Source: Pedobacter sp.
GTDB lineage: Bacteria; Bacteroidota; Bacteroidia; Sphingobacteriales; Sphingobacteriaceae
DNA: 64,000 nt
Assembly (NCBI GenBank): GCA_045629525.1
Contig: JAZQRH010000012.1
Span: 24,023 to 88,022, forward strand
Direction of reading: 5' to 3'
This document shows positions 18,376-27,717 of this stretch, piece after piece. Position 1 is the stretch's first letter; every line of letters begins with the position of its first letter. The notes beneath the pieces were generated by a model. The model saw only the letters and a list, made by a program, of their open reading frames with translations. It searched no databases and was not told the DNA's origin. Position numbers and translations under genes: made by a program.

Positions 18376-19426
18376 ATTGATACTGAATGTATATTGGTTT
18401 TGGTTTTAACTTAACCAATTCTTCTGGTGTCATTAAGCGATTAGGAGACTTCTTCAAATCGTTTTTATAAAATATTTTGAAGCCTGTAAATTGTACTGGT
18501 TCGCTATAAATAAAATGGCGATAAGTGCCTAACTTTAAATCCGGTTCACCCCAACCATCCATGTGCATTACCACTTGTACTTCTGGACGCAATTTGATGT
18601 TTTGTGAATTGCTTACCATTTTTCTTGTAAAACGATGGATCACAAAAACTTTTGGAGGCAAATTGTATTTCTTAACCAAGTTAGCAAGGTAACCAGAAAC
18701 GTAGTTAATTTCGCTGGCATCATAAGTGCCAATTTTTTTACCTGGCAATACGCCGCCTTTCATAGAGAACTCTGGGTCGATACCCAAATGAACATTAGGC
18801 AGTTTTAAATATTCTTCTAACAAGGGCAATTCTACTTGAATGGTACTTAGTGCTACTTGTATATCTAAAAATACAACCATGTTTTTACGCATTTTAGCAA
18901 TGTTCAATACAGAGTCGATATGTTTGAAAGGCATTCGGTTACGGTATTTACCGTCTTTACCAGGATCTCCAGCTGCAACAACTGCGATGTAATGCAACGC
19001 GGGTTGTACAGGCGTGCTTGGATCTGCTTTTTCCCAAGCCGCAACTTCTTTATCCAACATATTCAACATGGTTTTAGGCTCGTACTCGCCCAGTGCACCC
19101 ATCTTTTTGGAGTAAAGATTACCGTAATAGCACACAATTCTCTTGAATGGCAATATGGCGCCGTCTAACGGAATAGGCTGGTTTTTTACAGGCCACTTTC
19201 CAGTGGTATCTCCATTAGCATTTGCTTTGATAAGCTCATTATACTTGGCAGTATCAACAGGAGTCCTAAGATCTACCTCTTCTTCCTCTTGAGCTACTGA
19301 TGTACTGTCCGTAGTGTTTTTGGCTGCTTTCGGGTTTTTCTCGTTAGCACCGGTGGTGCAATAGGTAAATGTGCAAATGGTAGCTCCCGCCACCAAGATC
19401 ATGCTTGCGATCTTAGTTATTTTCAT
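18374..19426 (-). CDS. Conserved hypothetical exported (lipo)protein, possible TIM-barrel hydrolase fold
   Basis: ATG 19426 gives a signal peptide with Cys; conserved-looking core RIVCYYGN..MGALGEY, PALHYIA.VA, FLDIQV, HLGIDPEF, IHRF, MHMDGWG, TGFKIFYKND. Confidence 0.7.
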   Translation of the reverse strand: MKITKIASMILVAGATICTFTYCTTGANEKNPKAAKNTTDSTSVAQEEEEVDLRTPVDTAKYNELIKANANGDTTGKWPVKNQPIPLDGAILPFKRIVCYYGNLYSKKMGALGEYEPKTMLNMLDKEVAAWEKADPSTPVQPALHYIAVVAAGDPGKDGKYRNRMPFKHIDSVLNIAKMRKNMVVFLDIQVALSTIQVELPLLEEYLKLPNVHLGIDPEFSMKGGVLPGKKIGTYDASEINYVSGYLANLVKKYNLPPKVFVIHRFTRKMVSNSQNIKLRPEVQVVMHMDGWGEPDLKLGTYRHFIYSEPVQFTGFKIFYKNDLKKSPNRLMTPEELVKLKPKPIYIQYQ

Positions 19427-19609
19427 ATTGGATTTCTGGATTTCTAGCTTCAAAAGTAAGTCATTTGGTCTAACAAGCTCAATGAACTTATCAACATACA
19501 TACACTTGTAAACGTTTAATTTACCTTTATATCAGTGAGGTTAGATATAATTTTCGCATTCGAGATATAATATCTCTCTTGAGGTTGTCACTTTAAATAT
19601 TTTTTACGG

Positions 19610-20494
19610 TTAAGAGTCTGATCTAAACTTTCCGAATACACCCAAAGGCAATTTCACACCCGACGTCGCTTGTAAAAATAATTCTCCAGTTTCTAAATTC
19701 TTAACTTGAGGAAACGAGGTTCTAATTAAATTTTCGACAATTACTGATGAAAACCCCATCGAATAGGTGTTAAGGATTAAGAAGTGTTCTTCTGGATCTA
19801 ACAACTGTACAACATCTTGCATCATTTCCTGGATATGATCTTCCAATTTCCACTTTTCGCCATTTGGTCCATGGCCATAAGCCGGAGGATCCAAGATAAT
19901 ACCATTGTATTTTTTACCACGCTTTAATTCACGCTTTACAAATTTTAGCGCATCTTCAACCACCCAACGCACGTCTTTTAATTTAGATAACTCCTGATTT
20001 TCGTTAGCCCAATTGACTACTTGTTTTATCGAATCAACGTGCGTGGTATCGGCCCCTGCCGCTTTGGCAACTAAAGAAGCAGCACCTGTGTAGGCAAACA
20101 GGTTTAAAACCTTCGGTACTGGAGTTTTAAATTTTTTAATAGATGACGAAATATAATCCCAGTTTACGGCCTGCTCTGGGAATACCCCTACGTGTTTAAA
20201 AGACGTTAAGCCTAAACGTAAATTGATACTAATTTCATCATTTTGGTAATTTACGTTCCAACGGTCTGGTGCACTTTTATTGTACTTTACCCAATCGCCA
20301 CTTGTTGCAGAACGTCCTCTGAAAGAAATGTGAGTTTTTTTTCTCCATTCTTCTGGAGACAAAACTTTTTTCCAAACTGCCTGAGGTTCTGGTCTAGATA
20401 ATACTAAATTGCCGAAACGCTCTAATTTTTCGAAATCGCCGCAATCAATCAGTTCGTAGTCTTTCCAGTGCGTAGGGGTTAGCAGTTGTATCAT
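19610..20494 (-). CDS. Class I SAM-dependent methyltransferase (RlmI/YwbD-like, no PUA domain)
   Basis: DYELIDCG..EKLERFG, KHVGVFPEQ, VLNLFAYTG and ILDPPAYG motifs. Confidence 0.88.
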   Translation of the reverse strand: MIQLLTPTHWKDYELIDCGDFEKLERFGNLVLSRPEPQAVWKKVLSPEEWRKKTHISFRGRSATSGDWVKYNKSAPDRWNVNYQNDEISINLRLGLTSFKHVGVFPEQAVNWDYISSSIKKFKTPVPKVLNLFAYTGAASLVAKAAGADTTHVDSIKQVVNWANENQELSKLKDVRWVVEDALKFVKRELKRGKKYNGIILDPPAYGHGPNGEKWKLEDHIQEMMQDVVQLLDPEEHFLILNTYSMGFSSVIVENLIRTSFPQVKNLETGELFLQATSGVKLPLGVFGKFRSDS

Positions 20495-20619
20495 GTATAA
20501 TATGTTAATGGGTATTAGAAAACCATGGTGTTCTTGTTGTGCCTAATACTTATGCAAATAGCAAACAGTAGCCAATCAAATTGGCACTGGCGGTACAACA
20601 GATAGCAAATATATGAAAA

Positions 20620-21372
20620 TTAAAATTTGTCTTTGGCAGCTTTCATAAAGCGACTGGCAAACACGAAGTCGTTTAACTCTTCGATATCTGTTTTCGAAAT
20701 TTCTTTGTTAGATCCTTCCCAAAACTTTTTTCCTTGATGTAAAAACATAATGTAGTCACCAATACCCATTACCGAGTTCATATCGTGAGTCACGACTACC
20801 GTTGTGGTGTTGTATTCCTCTGTAATTTCTTTGATCAACTCATCGATAACAATTGATGTTCTTGGATCCAAACCTGAGTTGGGTTCATCCACAAAAAGGT
20901 ATTTAGGGTTCATGGCAATAGCCCGTGCAATACCTACACGTTTTTTCATCCCACCGGAAAGTTCTGCTGGAAATAATTTATTTTTCCCCTCAAGGTTTAC
21001 ACGGTCTAAACAGAAATTTACACGTTCTAGCTTTTCCTGGCGACTTTGATCGGTAAACATATTTAGTGGAAACATGATGTTTTCTTCTACCGTCATCGAA
21101 TCAAAAAGTGCAGAACCTTGAAACAGCATTCCAATTTCCTTCCTGATCTCAATCCTATCCTCGGTATTTAAAGAGGTAAAATCTCGTCCGTCATATTCTA
21201 CGTTACCTTGTTCTGGTTGGTGGAGACCGATCATGCACTTCAATAAGGTAGTTTTTCCAGAACCAGATCCGCCAATAATTAGATTGGTAATACCTGGCAT
21301 AAATTTGCCAGAAATTCCTTTTAAAACGTCGTTATCGCCAAACGACTTATGAATGTTTTTAATCTCGATCAT
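20620..21372 (-). CDS. mlaF: MlaF/Ttg2A-type ABC ATP-binding protein
   Basis: GGSGSGKT, FQGSALFDSMTVEEN, ELSGGMKKRV.IARA, DEPNSGLDP. Confidence 0.88.
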   Translation of the reverse strand: MIEIKNIHKSFGDNDVLKGISGKFMPGITNLIIGGSGSGKTTLLKCMIGLHQPEQGNVEYDGRDFTSLNTEDRIEIRKEIGMLFQGSALFDSMTVEENIMFPLNMFTDQSRQEKLERVNFCLDRVNLEGKNKLFPAELSGGMKKRVGIARAIAMNPKYLFVDEPNSGLDPRTSIVIDELIKEITEEYNTTTVVVTHDMNSVMGIGDYIMFLHQGKKFWEGSNKEISKTDIEELNDFVFASRFMKAAKDKF

Positions 21373-22103
21373 AACATCAATTGGGTTACAATATAATCAC
21401 AAGCCAAAATACTGATACAGCTCACAACAACAGCTCTGGTGCTAGCTTGCGCAACTTCTAATGCTCCGCCTTTAACATAAAAACCTTCGTAAGCCGGTAC
21501 AGATGTAATGATGAAACCAAAAACAAATGCTTTAACTAAAGCTACAGCTACAGTAAACGGATTAAAATCGGTAGTGATACCTTGTATATATTCTGCTGGA
21601 GAAACCGCCCCCGACAAAGTGCCACCTAAATATCCGCCAGTAATCGATAAAACCATGGAGATGATAACCAAGATAGGTACCATGGTAATTCCTGCTATAA
21701 TTTTTGGTAAGATTAAGTACCCTGGCGCATTAATACCCATAATTTCTAGCGCATCAATTTGTTCGGTCACACGCATGGTACCAATTTCCGAAGAAATTGC
21801 TGAACCGATTTTACCCGCCAATACAATAGCCGTTATAGTGGGACTTAACTCTAAAATAGAAGAGTCTCTGTTAACTGATCCAATTATGGTTTTAGGGATA
21901 AAATCGCTCACCAATTGGAAAGCAATTTGGAGTGTCATAACTGCACCAATAAAAGTGGAGATGATACTGATTAGTCCTAGGGAGCCAACACCAATAAAAT
22001 CCATCTGCTGGAAAATGGCTTTGAGGTATATTTTTAGTTTTTCAGGCCTCTTAAATGCTGCTTTAAGCAACAAGATATATCGACCAAAATTGGTAAAGTT
22101 CAT
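21369..22103 (-). CDS. mlaE: MlaE-type ABC permease
   Basis: ELSP..TAIVLAGKIGS..SEIGTMRVTEQIDALEIMG; ATGA overlap with mlaF. Confidence 0.9.
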   Translation of the reverse strand: MNFTNFGRYILLLKAAFKRPEKLKIYLKAIFQQMDFIGVGSLGLISIISTFIGAVMTLQIAFQLVSDFIPKTIIGSVNRDSSILELSPTITAIVLAGKIGSAISSEIGTMRVTEQIDALEIMGINAPGYLILPKIIAGITMVPILVIISMVLSITGGYLGGTLSGAVSPAEYIQGITTDFNPFTVAVALVKAFVFGFIITSVPAYEGFYVKGGALEVAQASTRAVVVSCISILACDYIVTQLML

Positions 22104-22238
22104 TTATAAACAATTTGTTTAATTTAACTCAATATTATACAAAGAAACGATAAAATTGTTCTGGCTCGGTGTATTTATTAAAAAAATATTATACTCTGAG
22201 TTTTTATTGGCTTTTTTGCAAAACAAATTAAGAGTAAC

Positions 22239-22928
22239 ATGAATGCTTTAATAACTGGTGCTACAAAGGGTATAGGGCGAGCAATCGCGATTGAATTGGC
22301 TAAAAATGGCTATAACATCGTGGCTTGTGCTAGAAATGAGGAAGATTTGTCAACCTTAAAAAAAGATTTGTTGCTTTTCGGGGTGGATGTTTTTACGTTT
22401 AAGGTGGAGTGCGCTATTAAAGCTGAACTTTTGAGTTTTCTGGAAAGTGCCCTAGCTGTTGCCAAAAATTTCGATGTGCTAGTTAACAACGTTGGGATGT
22501 ATATGCCCGGAAATTTATTGACAGAAGACGATGAAAATTTTGAACTTCAGCAATTGGTAAATACAAATGCTGCCTACTATCTCTCGAAAACAGTGGGCAG
22601 ATTGATGGTTGAGCGAAATAAAGGGCATATTTTCAACATCTGCTCGGTAGCCAGTAAAGCCCCAGTTGACCATGCCGGAAGTTATAGTGTAACAAAAGCG
22701 GCAATGCTCAGTCTTAATCATGTATTGAGAAAGGAATTAGCTCCTCATCAAGTTAAGGTGACGGCTTTTGTGCCAGGCTCTACATATACAGCATCATGGG
22801 AAGGAACTGAATTGGAACAATCCAAATTTGTGCAGCCAGAAGATATCGCAAAGCTTGTAAATGTAATCCTGAATTTAAGTGCGGGCGCTAACGTTGACGA
22901 AGTTGAGATAAGTCCGTTAAATTTTTAA
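22239..22928 (+). CDS. Short-chain dehydrogenase/reductase
   Basis: TGATKGIG, LVNNVG and YSVTK (YxxxK) motifs. Confidence 0.9.
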   Translation: MNALITGATKGIGRAIAIELAKNGYNIVACARNEEDLSTLKKDLLLFGVDVFTFKVECAIKAELLSFLESALAVAKNFDVLVNNVGMYMPGNLLTEDDENFELQQLVNTNAAYYLSKTVGRLMVERNKGHIFNICSVASKAPVDHAGSYSVTKAAMLSLNHVLRKELAPHQVKVTAFVPGSTYTASWEGTELEQSKFVQPEDIAKLVNVILNLSAGANVDEVEISPLNF

Positions 22929-22941
22929 TGAAAGGGAAAAA

Positions 22942-23604
22942 ATGGAAAAGAAATTATATAGAAACGAACACGACAAAGGTATAGCAGGTGTGGCTTCTGG
23001 CTTAGCCGATTATTTAGCAATAGATGTAACCATTGTTAGAGTACTATTTGTGTTAGCTGCCGTATTTTTAGGTGGAAGCGGTATCATTGCGTATGTTATT
23101 TTATGGATTGTTGCACCGGTAAATAACGATCCTTCTGTGCGCTTTAAGGCTTTCAATGACTATTATAATCAAAATCCAAAAGGCGGATCAATATTTAATT
23201 CTCCAGAGGCATTTAACAGTCCTAGTCACCAGACTGAACAAACGAAATGGAATACGCCGAATGCTGATGCATTTGGAACTTTCGACCAGAAATTCGTGCC
23301 AAAATCTAACAATACAGGCAGAACCATTGCCGGCGTTATTCTATTGCTATTAGGGGTATATTTTCTGCTAAGCGAGCTGAATATCTTCCCGTATTGGTTT
23401 AGCATTTGGAGTTTGTATAAACTCTGGCCGCTGGCAATTGTGGCTTTAGGCGTGAGCTTAATTATAAAGAATAAGCGTAAACACGAATGGGATGATTTTA
23501 AAAAACAAAACGAAGTGCCAAAGGCTACAGCAGAACAAGATCCCAACGTGGTGATTAAGACCGAAGACGAAAATGCTTCGGAAGACAAAACTCAATCGTA
23601 TTAG
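22942..23604 (+). CDS. pspC: PspC-domain protein with C-terminal LiaF-TM/DUF5668-like helices
   Basis: KKLYRN..DK.IAGVASGLADYL.ID.TIVRVLFV..YVILWI PspC signature; second hydrophobic block G..L.L.G..FLL..LWP. Confidence 0.85.
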   Translation: MEKKLYRNEHDKGIAGVASGLADYLAIDVTIVRVLFVLAAVFLGGSGIIAYVILWIVAPVNNDPSVRFKAFNDYYNQNPKGGSIFNSPEAFNSPSHQTEQTKWNTPNADAFGTFDQKFVPKSNNTGRTIAGVILLLLGVYFLLSELNIFPYWFSIWSLYKLWPLAIVALGVSLIIKNKRKHEWDDFKKQNEVPKATAEQDPNVVIKTEDENASEDKTQSY

Positions 23605-23623
23605 TAACCAAAAAGAATTAGAG

Positions 23624-24598
23624 ATGAAATTTGAGAGAATTATATGGGGCGTACTGCTGCTTTTTATAGGTGGCGTATTGCTGTTAGAGAATTTAGGTGT
23701 CATTCAGTTTTACTGGAGAAACGTATGGGGTTTTTGGCCAGTATTTTTAATCATCGCAGGTATCAATTTGTTGCTGAATAGAAATGGCTCGCAAACAGGT
23801 AGTATGATATCTTTATGTATTTTGGTAATAGCACTAGGGTTTTTATTTGTAAAGGGTCAACAGAAGCCGATAAATGGTGGTTTCTGGTCGGCTTGGAAAG
23901 ATAGAAAAATAGAACGCTTCCAAGACATTGAAGATGTTATTGAAGAGAATGAAGGCGTTGGAGGGATGCATTTTGCAGAAACTTATTTGCCTTCAGATTC
24001 TACAAAAAAAGCAGTTTTAAATATCTCTGGCGGTGGTGTGAGTTTTGATTTGGACAATTCAACCGACAGTTTATTTGAGGCTAACGTGGATCGTAAAAAA
24101 GGTTTATTTTCTTTAACTAAAAATTCTACTGATAGTGTTAATACACTAACTTTTAAAATGGGTGATAACAAAAAGGGGAAAAATAGTTGGAAATTTAACA
24201 GCGCAGGCAATAATGTTAAAATAAGCTTAAACCGTAATCCAGAATGGGCTCTAAATTTAAGTGTGGGTGCAGGTGAATTAGACTTTGATTTGAAAGATTA
24301 TAAAGTTAGAACCTTGAATTTTGATGGCGGCGCCGCCGATGTGAAACTCGTGATTGGCGATTCATTGCCTATAGCTGATGTTAACGTTAAAACTGGAGTG
24401 GCTAACGTCGAAATTAAAGTTCCTTCTGCTTCTGGATGTAGAATAAGCACCCATACCGGCTTAGCGGCAAAAGACTTTAAAGGTTTTACTAAAATTTCTG
24501 ACGGTATTTACGAAACACCTAATTACAAAAGTTCAAAAAACAAGGTGTTTATTAAGTTAGATGGAGGTTTATCTAATTTTGATGTAGATACCTATTAA
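23624..24598 (+). CDS. LiaF-like membrane protein (DUF5668 TMs plus toast-rack beta-domain)
   Basis: IIWGVLLLFIGGVLLLENLG..WPVFLII.G TM region; C-terminal repeats such as L.LSVGAGELDFDL..L.FDGGAADV.L. Confidence 0.75.
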   Translation: MKFERIIWGVLLLFIGGVLLLENLGVIQFYWRNVWGFWPVFLIIAGINLLLNRNGSQTGSMISLCILVIALGFLFVKGQQKPINGGFWSAWKDRKIERFQDIEDVIEENEGVGGMHFAETYLPSDSTKKAVLNISGGGVSFDLDNSTDSLFEANVDRKKGLFSLTKNSTDSVNTLTFKMGDNKKGKNSWKFNSAGNNVKISLNRNPEWALNLSVGAGELDFDLKDYKVRTLNFDGGAADVKLVIGDSLPIADVNVKTGVANVEIKVPSASGCRISTHTGLAAKDFKGFTKISDGIYETPNYKSSKNKVFIKLDGGLSNFDVDTY

Positions 24599-24612
24599 TT
24601 TTTTGTACCTTA

Positions 24613-25230
24613 ATGGTTCAAAATAATATTGATTTGTATACCATAATCGTTAACGGAAAACCCCAAGGACCCTACACCTTTACCGAATTAACGCAGCTTA
24701 ACATCACTCCGAGTACTTTTATTAAAAGGGCAGGGATGGATGATTATAAAGAAGCTCACGAGTTGGAAGAAATTCGTGAGCTTCTTGGTTTGGAGATCTT
24801 AAAGGTTAGCCCGCAGTACTACGCTTCGCTAGAACGTAGGTTTATGGCTAATCTCTTTGATTTATTTACCGTCTTTCTGCTTCACGCCTTAATTGTTTAC
24901 GTGCTGTTGCTATTTGTAAATCGTAGCGAAGGTCTATCCATAGTATTGTATGTATATCCATCGGCGGTTGTCACTTTCTATCTCTACAACATTGTAGCCG
25001 AGGCCTCAAAAATGCAAGGCACTTTCGGGAAAAAGCTTTTGGGTATTATGGTTTCAGATCTTAATGGCGACCGTATCTCTGTAAAAACATCCATCACTAG
25101 AAATTTTGGAAAATTAATTTGTAACCTCACCTTAGGTATAGGTTATTTAGTGGTCATTTTTAGTAAGCGAAACCAGGGGCTACACGACATGATGGCTGAT
25201 ACCTTGGTGATAAAAAGTCGATTATTCTAA
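24613..25230 (+). CDS. RDD family protein with N-terminal GYF_2 (DUF4339) domain
   Basis: Y....NGKPQGPYT..EL..(GYF_2); YASLERRFMANLFD, QGTFGKKLLGI.V and QGLHDMMADTLV (RDD). Confidence 0.85.
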   Translation: MVQNNIDLYTIIVNGKPQGPYTFTELTQLNITPSTFIKRAGMDDYKEAHELEEIRELLGLEILKVSPQYYASLERRFMANLFDLFTVFLLHALIVYVLLLFVNRSEGLSIVLYVYPSAVVTFYLYNIVAEASKMQGTFGKKLLGIMVSDLNGDRISVKTSITRNFGKLICNLTLGIGYLVVIFSKRNQGLHDMMADTLVIKSRLF

Positions 25231-25281
25231 ATATCGAACTAAATTTGACAAGCGTCTAATTCATCAATCTAACATTTCATG

Positions 25282-25289
25282 TATCTTTG
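25282..25289 (+). promoter_or_regulatory. -7 element immediately upstream of ispG (a second one lies at 25240-25247)
   Basis: TATCTTTG then 6 nt (tacacc) then ATG 25296; TAAATTTG further upstream. Confidence 0.55.
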
Positions 25290-25295
25290 TACACC

Positions 25296-27254
25296 ATGCA
25301 TAAAGAAGCAATTTTGTTAAATGGCGGTTATTGCAACAGCCTTACTCAGTATTCTAAGTTTATAACTCGTGAAGTAAAAATAGGCGATGTGCCCATGGGC
25401 GCTCATCATCCCATCCGGATACAGTCTATGACTACCACCGATACCATGGATACTTTCGGTACTGTTGAGCAAACAATTCGTATGGTAGAAAGCGGTTGCG
25501 AGTACGTTCGTATCACTGCTCCAAGCATTAAGGAAGCTGAGAATTTAGCAAATATTAAAAAAGAATTACGTTACAGAGGGTATAATGTTCCTTTAGTGGC
25601 TGATATTCATTTTACGCCAAATGCGGCCGAGGTTGCTGCTCGTATTGTAGAGAAAGTGCGTGTTAACCCAGGAAATTACGCCGATAAAAAGAAGTTCGAA
25701 AATATAGACTATACAGATGCCGAATATGAGGCGGAGCTGGAACGCATCTACTCCAAGTTTTCTCCCCTCGTAAATATTTGCAAAGAAAATGGCACTGCCA
25801 TGCGCATTGGCACCAATCACGGCTCTTTATCAGATCGTATCATGAGCCGCTACGGTGATACCCCAAAGGGGATGGTGGAGTCGGCAATGGAGTTTATCCG
25901 TATTTGCGAAGATTTGAATTTTTATAACCTGGTGATTTCCATGAAATCGAGTAATACGCAAGTAATGGTGCAGGCCTACCGCTTGTTAGTGCAAACTATG
26001 GTGGCCGAGGGGATGAACTATCCTTTGCATTTAGGGGTTACCGAAGCAGGAGATGGTGAAGATGGTCGAATTAAGTCTGCGGTGGGCATTGGCACTTTGC
26101 TAGCCGATGGTTTGGGTGATACGATTAGAGTTTCCCTCACAGAAGATCCAGAATTTGAAGCGCCTGTTGCTAAAGCTTTAGCGGCTCGCTTCGAAAAACA
26201 ACGCGGAAAAGAAGTGCCTGAAGATGATATGATGCGTTTGGTACAACGCCAAGCGTTAAGTCTATATCATCCATTTCAATATCAACGTAGGGCAAGTCAA
26301 GAAGCAAATAGCTTTGGTGGGCATCAAGTACCTCGTGTACTTATAGATCTTAGTCACCAAAATTTGAAAGATCCCGCAATTTTAGGCAAAGTAGGATATG
26401 ATTATTCTTTGATGTTGGATAAATACAATTTGTCTGACCAAGCCTGTGATATGGTTTACCTAGGTGATAATTTGCCCTCGTTTAATTTGCCTGGCGGATT
26501 GAAGCAGTTGTACAATGCTAATACTTGGAGCCAAGTTGCTCGTTTAGAAAATTGCTATCCGCTGTTTGATGGGGTAATGAACTATAAAAATGTGTCATCA
26601 ACTCATCAAAAGCTTAATTTTATAAAGATTTTAGCCGAAGATTTGGATGCCGAGCAGTTAAATGGGTTGCAAAATGTAGTTTTAGTTTTACATACCGAAG
26701 CCGAAAATGCAATGCAAATTTTGCGCTATGCTTTTATCCAATTGCTAGCAGCAGATATTAAATTGCCCGTAGTGGTTAAAAGCGATTATCCTAATGTTAA
26801 TTTGGAGGATTTTCAATTATACACCTCCACAGATCTGGGTGGCTTGCTTATTGATGGTTTTGGTGATGGCGTATGGATTTCATCAAACACGATAGATTTG
26901 GCAGATGTAAACTCTGTTTCTTTTGGTGTTTTGCAAGCTACACGTACGCGTATTTCTAAAACGGAATATATTTCGTGTCCTAGCTGCGGTCGTACCTTGT
27001 TCGATTTGCAAGAAACTACCCAAGCCATTCGTTCACGTACTTCGCATTTAAAGGGCATCAAAATTGGGATTATGGGTTGCATTGTTAACGGTCCCGGAGA
27101 AATGGCTGATGCGGACTACGGATATGTGGGTGCCGGCGTTGACAGAATTACGCTGTACAGAGGACAACAAGTGGTGAAAAAAAACGTGAAAACAGCTGAC
27201 GCCATTGATGAGTTAATTGGCATTATACGAGAAGACGGTAATTGGGTAGAGTAA
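25296..27254 (+). CDS. ispG: HMBPP synthase IspG/GcpE (long form with insertion domain)
   Basis: IRIQSMT, VADIHF, RVNPGN, RIGTNHGSL, HLGVTEAG, DTIRVSLT, CPSCGR and MGCIVNGPGE motifs. Confidence 0.96.
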   Translation: MHKEAILLNGGYCNSLTQYSKFITREVKIGDVPMGAHHPIRIQSMTTTDTMDTFGTVEQTIRMVESGCEYVRITAPSIKEAENLANIKKELRYRGYNVPLVADIHFTPNAAEVAARIVEKVRVNPGNYADKKKFENIDYTDAEYEAELERIYSKFSPLVNICKENGTAMRIGTNHGSLSDRIMSRYGDTPKGMVESAMEFIRICEDLNFYNLVISMKSSNTQVMVQAYRLLVQTMVAEGMNYPLHLGVTEAGDGEDGRIKSAVGIGTLLADGLGDTIRVSLTEDPEFEAPVAKALAARFEKQRGKEVPEDDMMRLVQRQALSLYHPFQYQRRASQEANSFGGHQVPRVLIDLSHQNLKDPAILGKVGYDYSLMLDKYNLSDQACDMVYLGDNLPSFNLPGGLKQLYNANTWSQVARLENCYPLFDGVMNYKNVSSTHQKLNFIKILAEDLDAEQLNGLQNVVLVLHTEAENAMQILRYAFIQLLAADIKLPVVVKSDYPNVNLEDFQLYTSTDLGGLLIDGFGDGVWISSNTIDLADVNSVSFGVLQATRTRISKTEYISCPSCGRTLFDLQETTQAIRSRTSHLKGIKIGIMGCIVNGPGEMADADYGYVGAGVDRITLYRGQQVVKKNVKTADAIDELIGIIREDGNWVE

Positions 27255-27291
27255 ATGATTTGCTCTGCAATCTGATGTAGTTCGCTTCTGC

Positions 27292-27714
27292 TTAGCTACC
27301 CCAGGCGGTTATCACTATGTTTCTACCGCCTCCGTAGTTGCGGTGTTCGCAAAGATATATGCCTTGCCAAGTGCCTAAATTCAAAGCTCCATTGGTGATT
27401 GGTATACTTACCGAACAACCCATTAACGACGATTTAATATGCGCCGGCATGTCATCGTCTCCTTCATAATCATGTTCGTAATCTGGGTCGCCTTCGGGCA
27501 CAGCTTTATTCATCCAAGTTTCAAAATCTAATCTCACCGTTGGGTCTGCATTTTCGTTAATGGTGAGAGATGCAGAGGTATGTTTGATAAACACTTGCAA
27601 CATACCTGTGCTAATGAATTTAATATCAGGGAGGGCATTAATAACTTCTTTTGTAATTAAGTGAAATCCTCTTGTTCTCTCTGGTAAACGTAACTCTGTT
27701 TGTAAAAACTGCAT
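27292..27714 (-). CDS. yjbQ: YjbQ/UPF0047 protein (secondary thiamine-phosphate synthase family)
   Basis: HTSASLTINENADP.V, DDMPAHIK and LGTWQGIYLCEH motifs. Confidence 0.92.
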   Translation of the reverse strand: MQFLQTELRLPERTRGFHLITKEVINALPDIKFISTGMLQVFIKHTSASLTINENADPTVRLDFETWMNKAVPEGDPDYEHDYEGDDDMPAHIKSSLMGCSVSIPITNGALNLGTWQGIYLCEHRNYGGGRNIVITAWGS

Positions 27715-27717
27715 GGA

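Noticed and set aside
20620-22103. mlaE-mlaF without mlaD
   Set aside because: Split Mla/Mce loci are common; the missing partner is probably elsewhere in the genome.
21508-22122. 204-aa plus-strand ORF
   Set aside because: It lies antisense to mlaE and has no recognisable motifs; it is a shadow ORF of a hydrophobic gene.
25212-25232. Second Fur-like site (ATTATTCTAAAT)
   Set aside because: Only the right half matches and it coincides with the RDD gene stop codon.
25296-27254. Long IspG with insertion domain
   Set aside because: The three-domain form is known in plants, Chlamydiae and Bacteroidota.
27292-27714. yjbQ as part of the thiamine regulon
   Set aside because: It is about 9 kb from the riboswitch, on the opposite strand, with no aptamer upstream; YjbQ is widespread.
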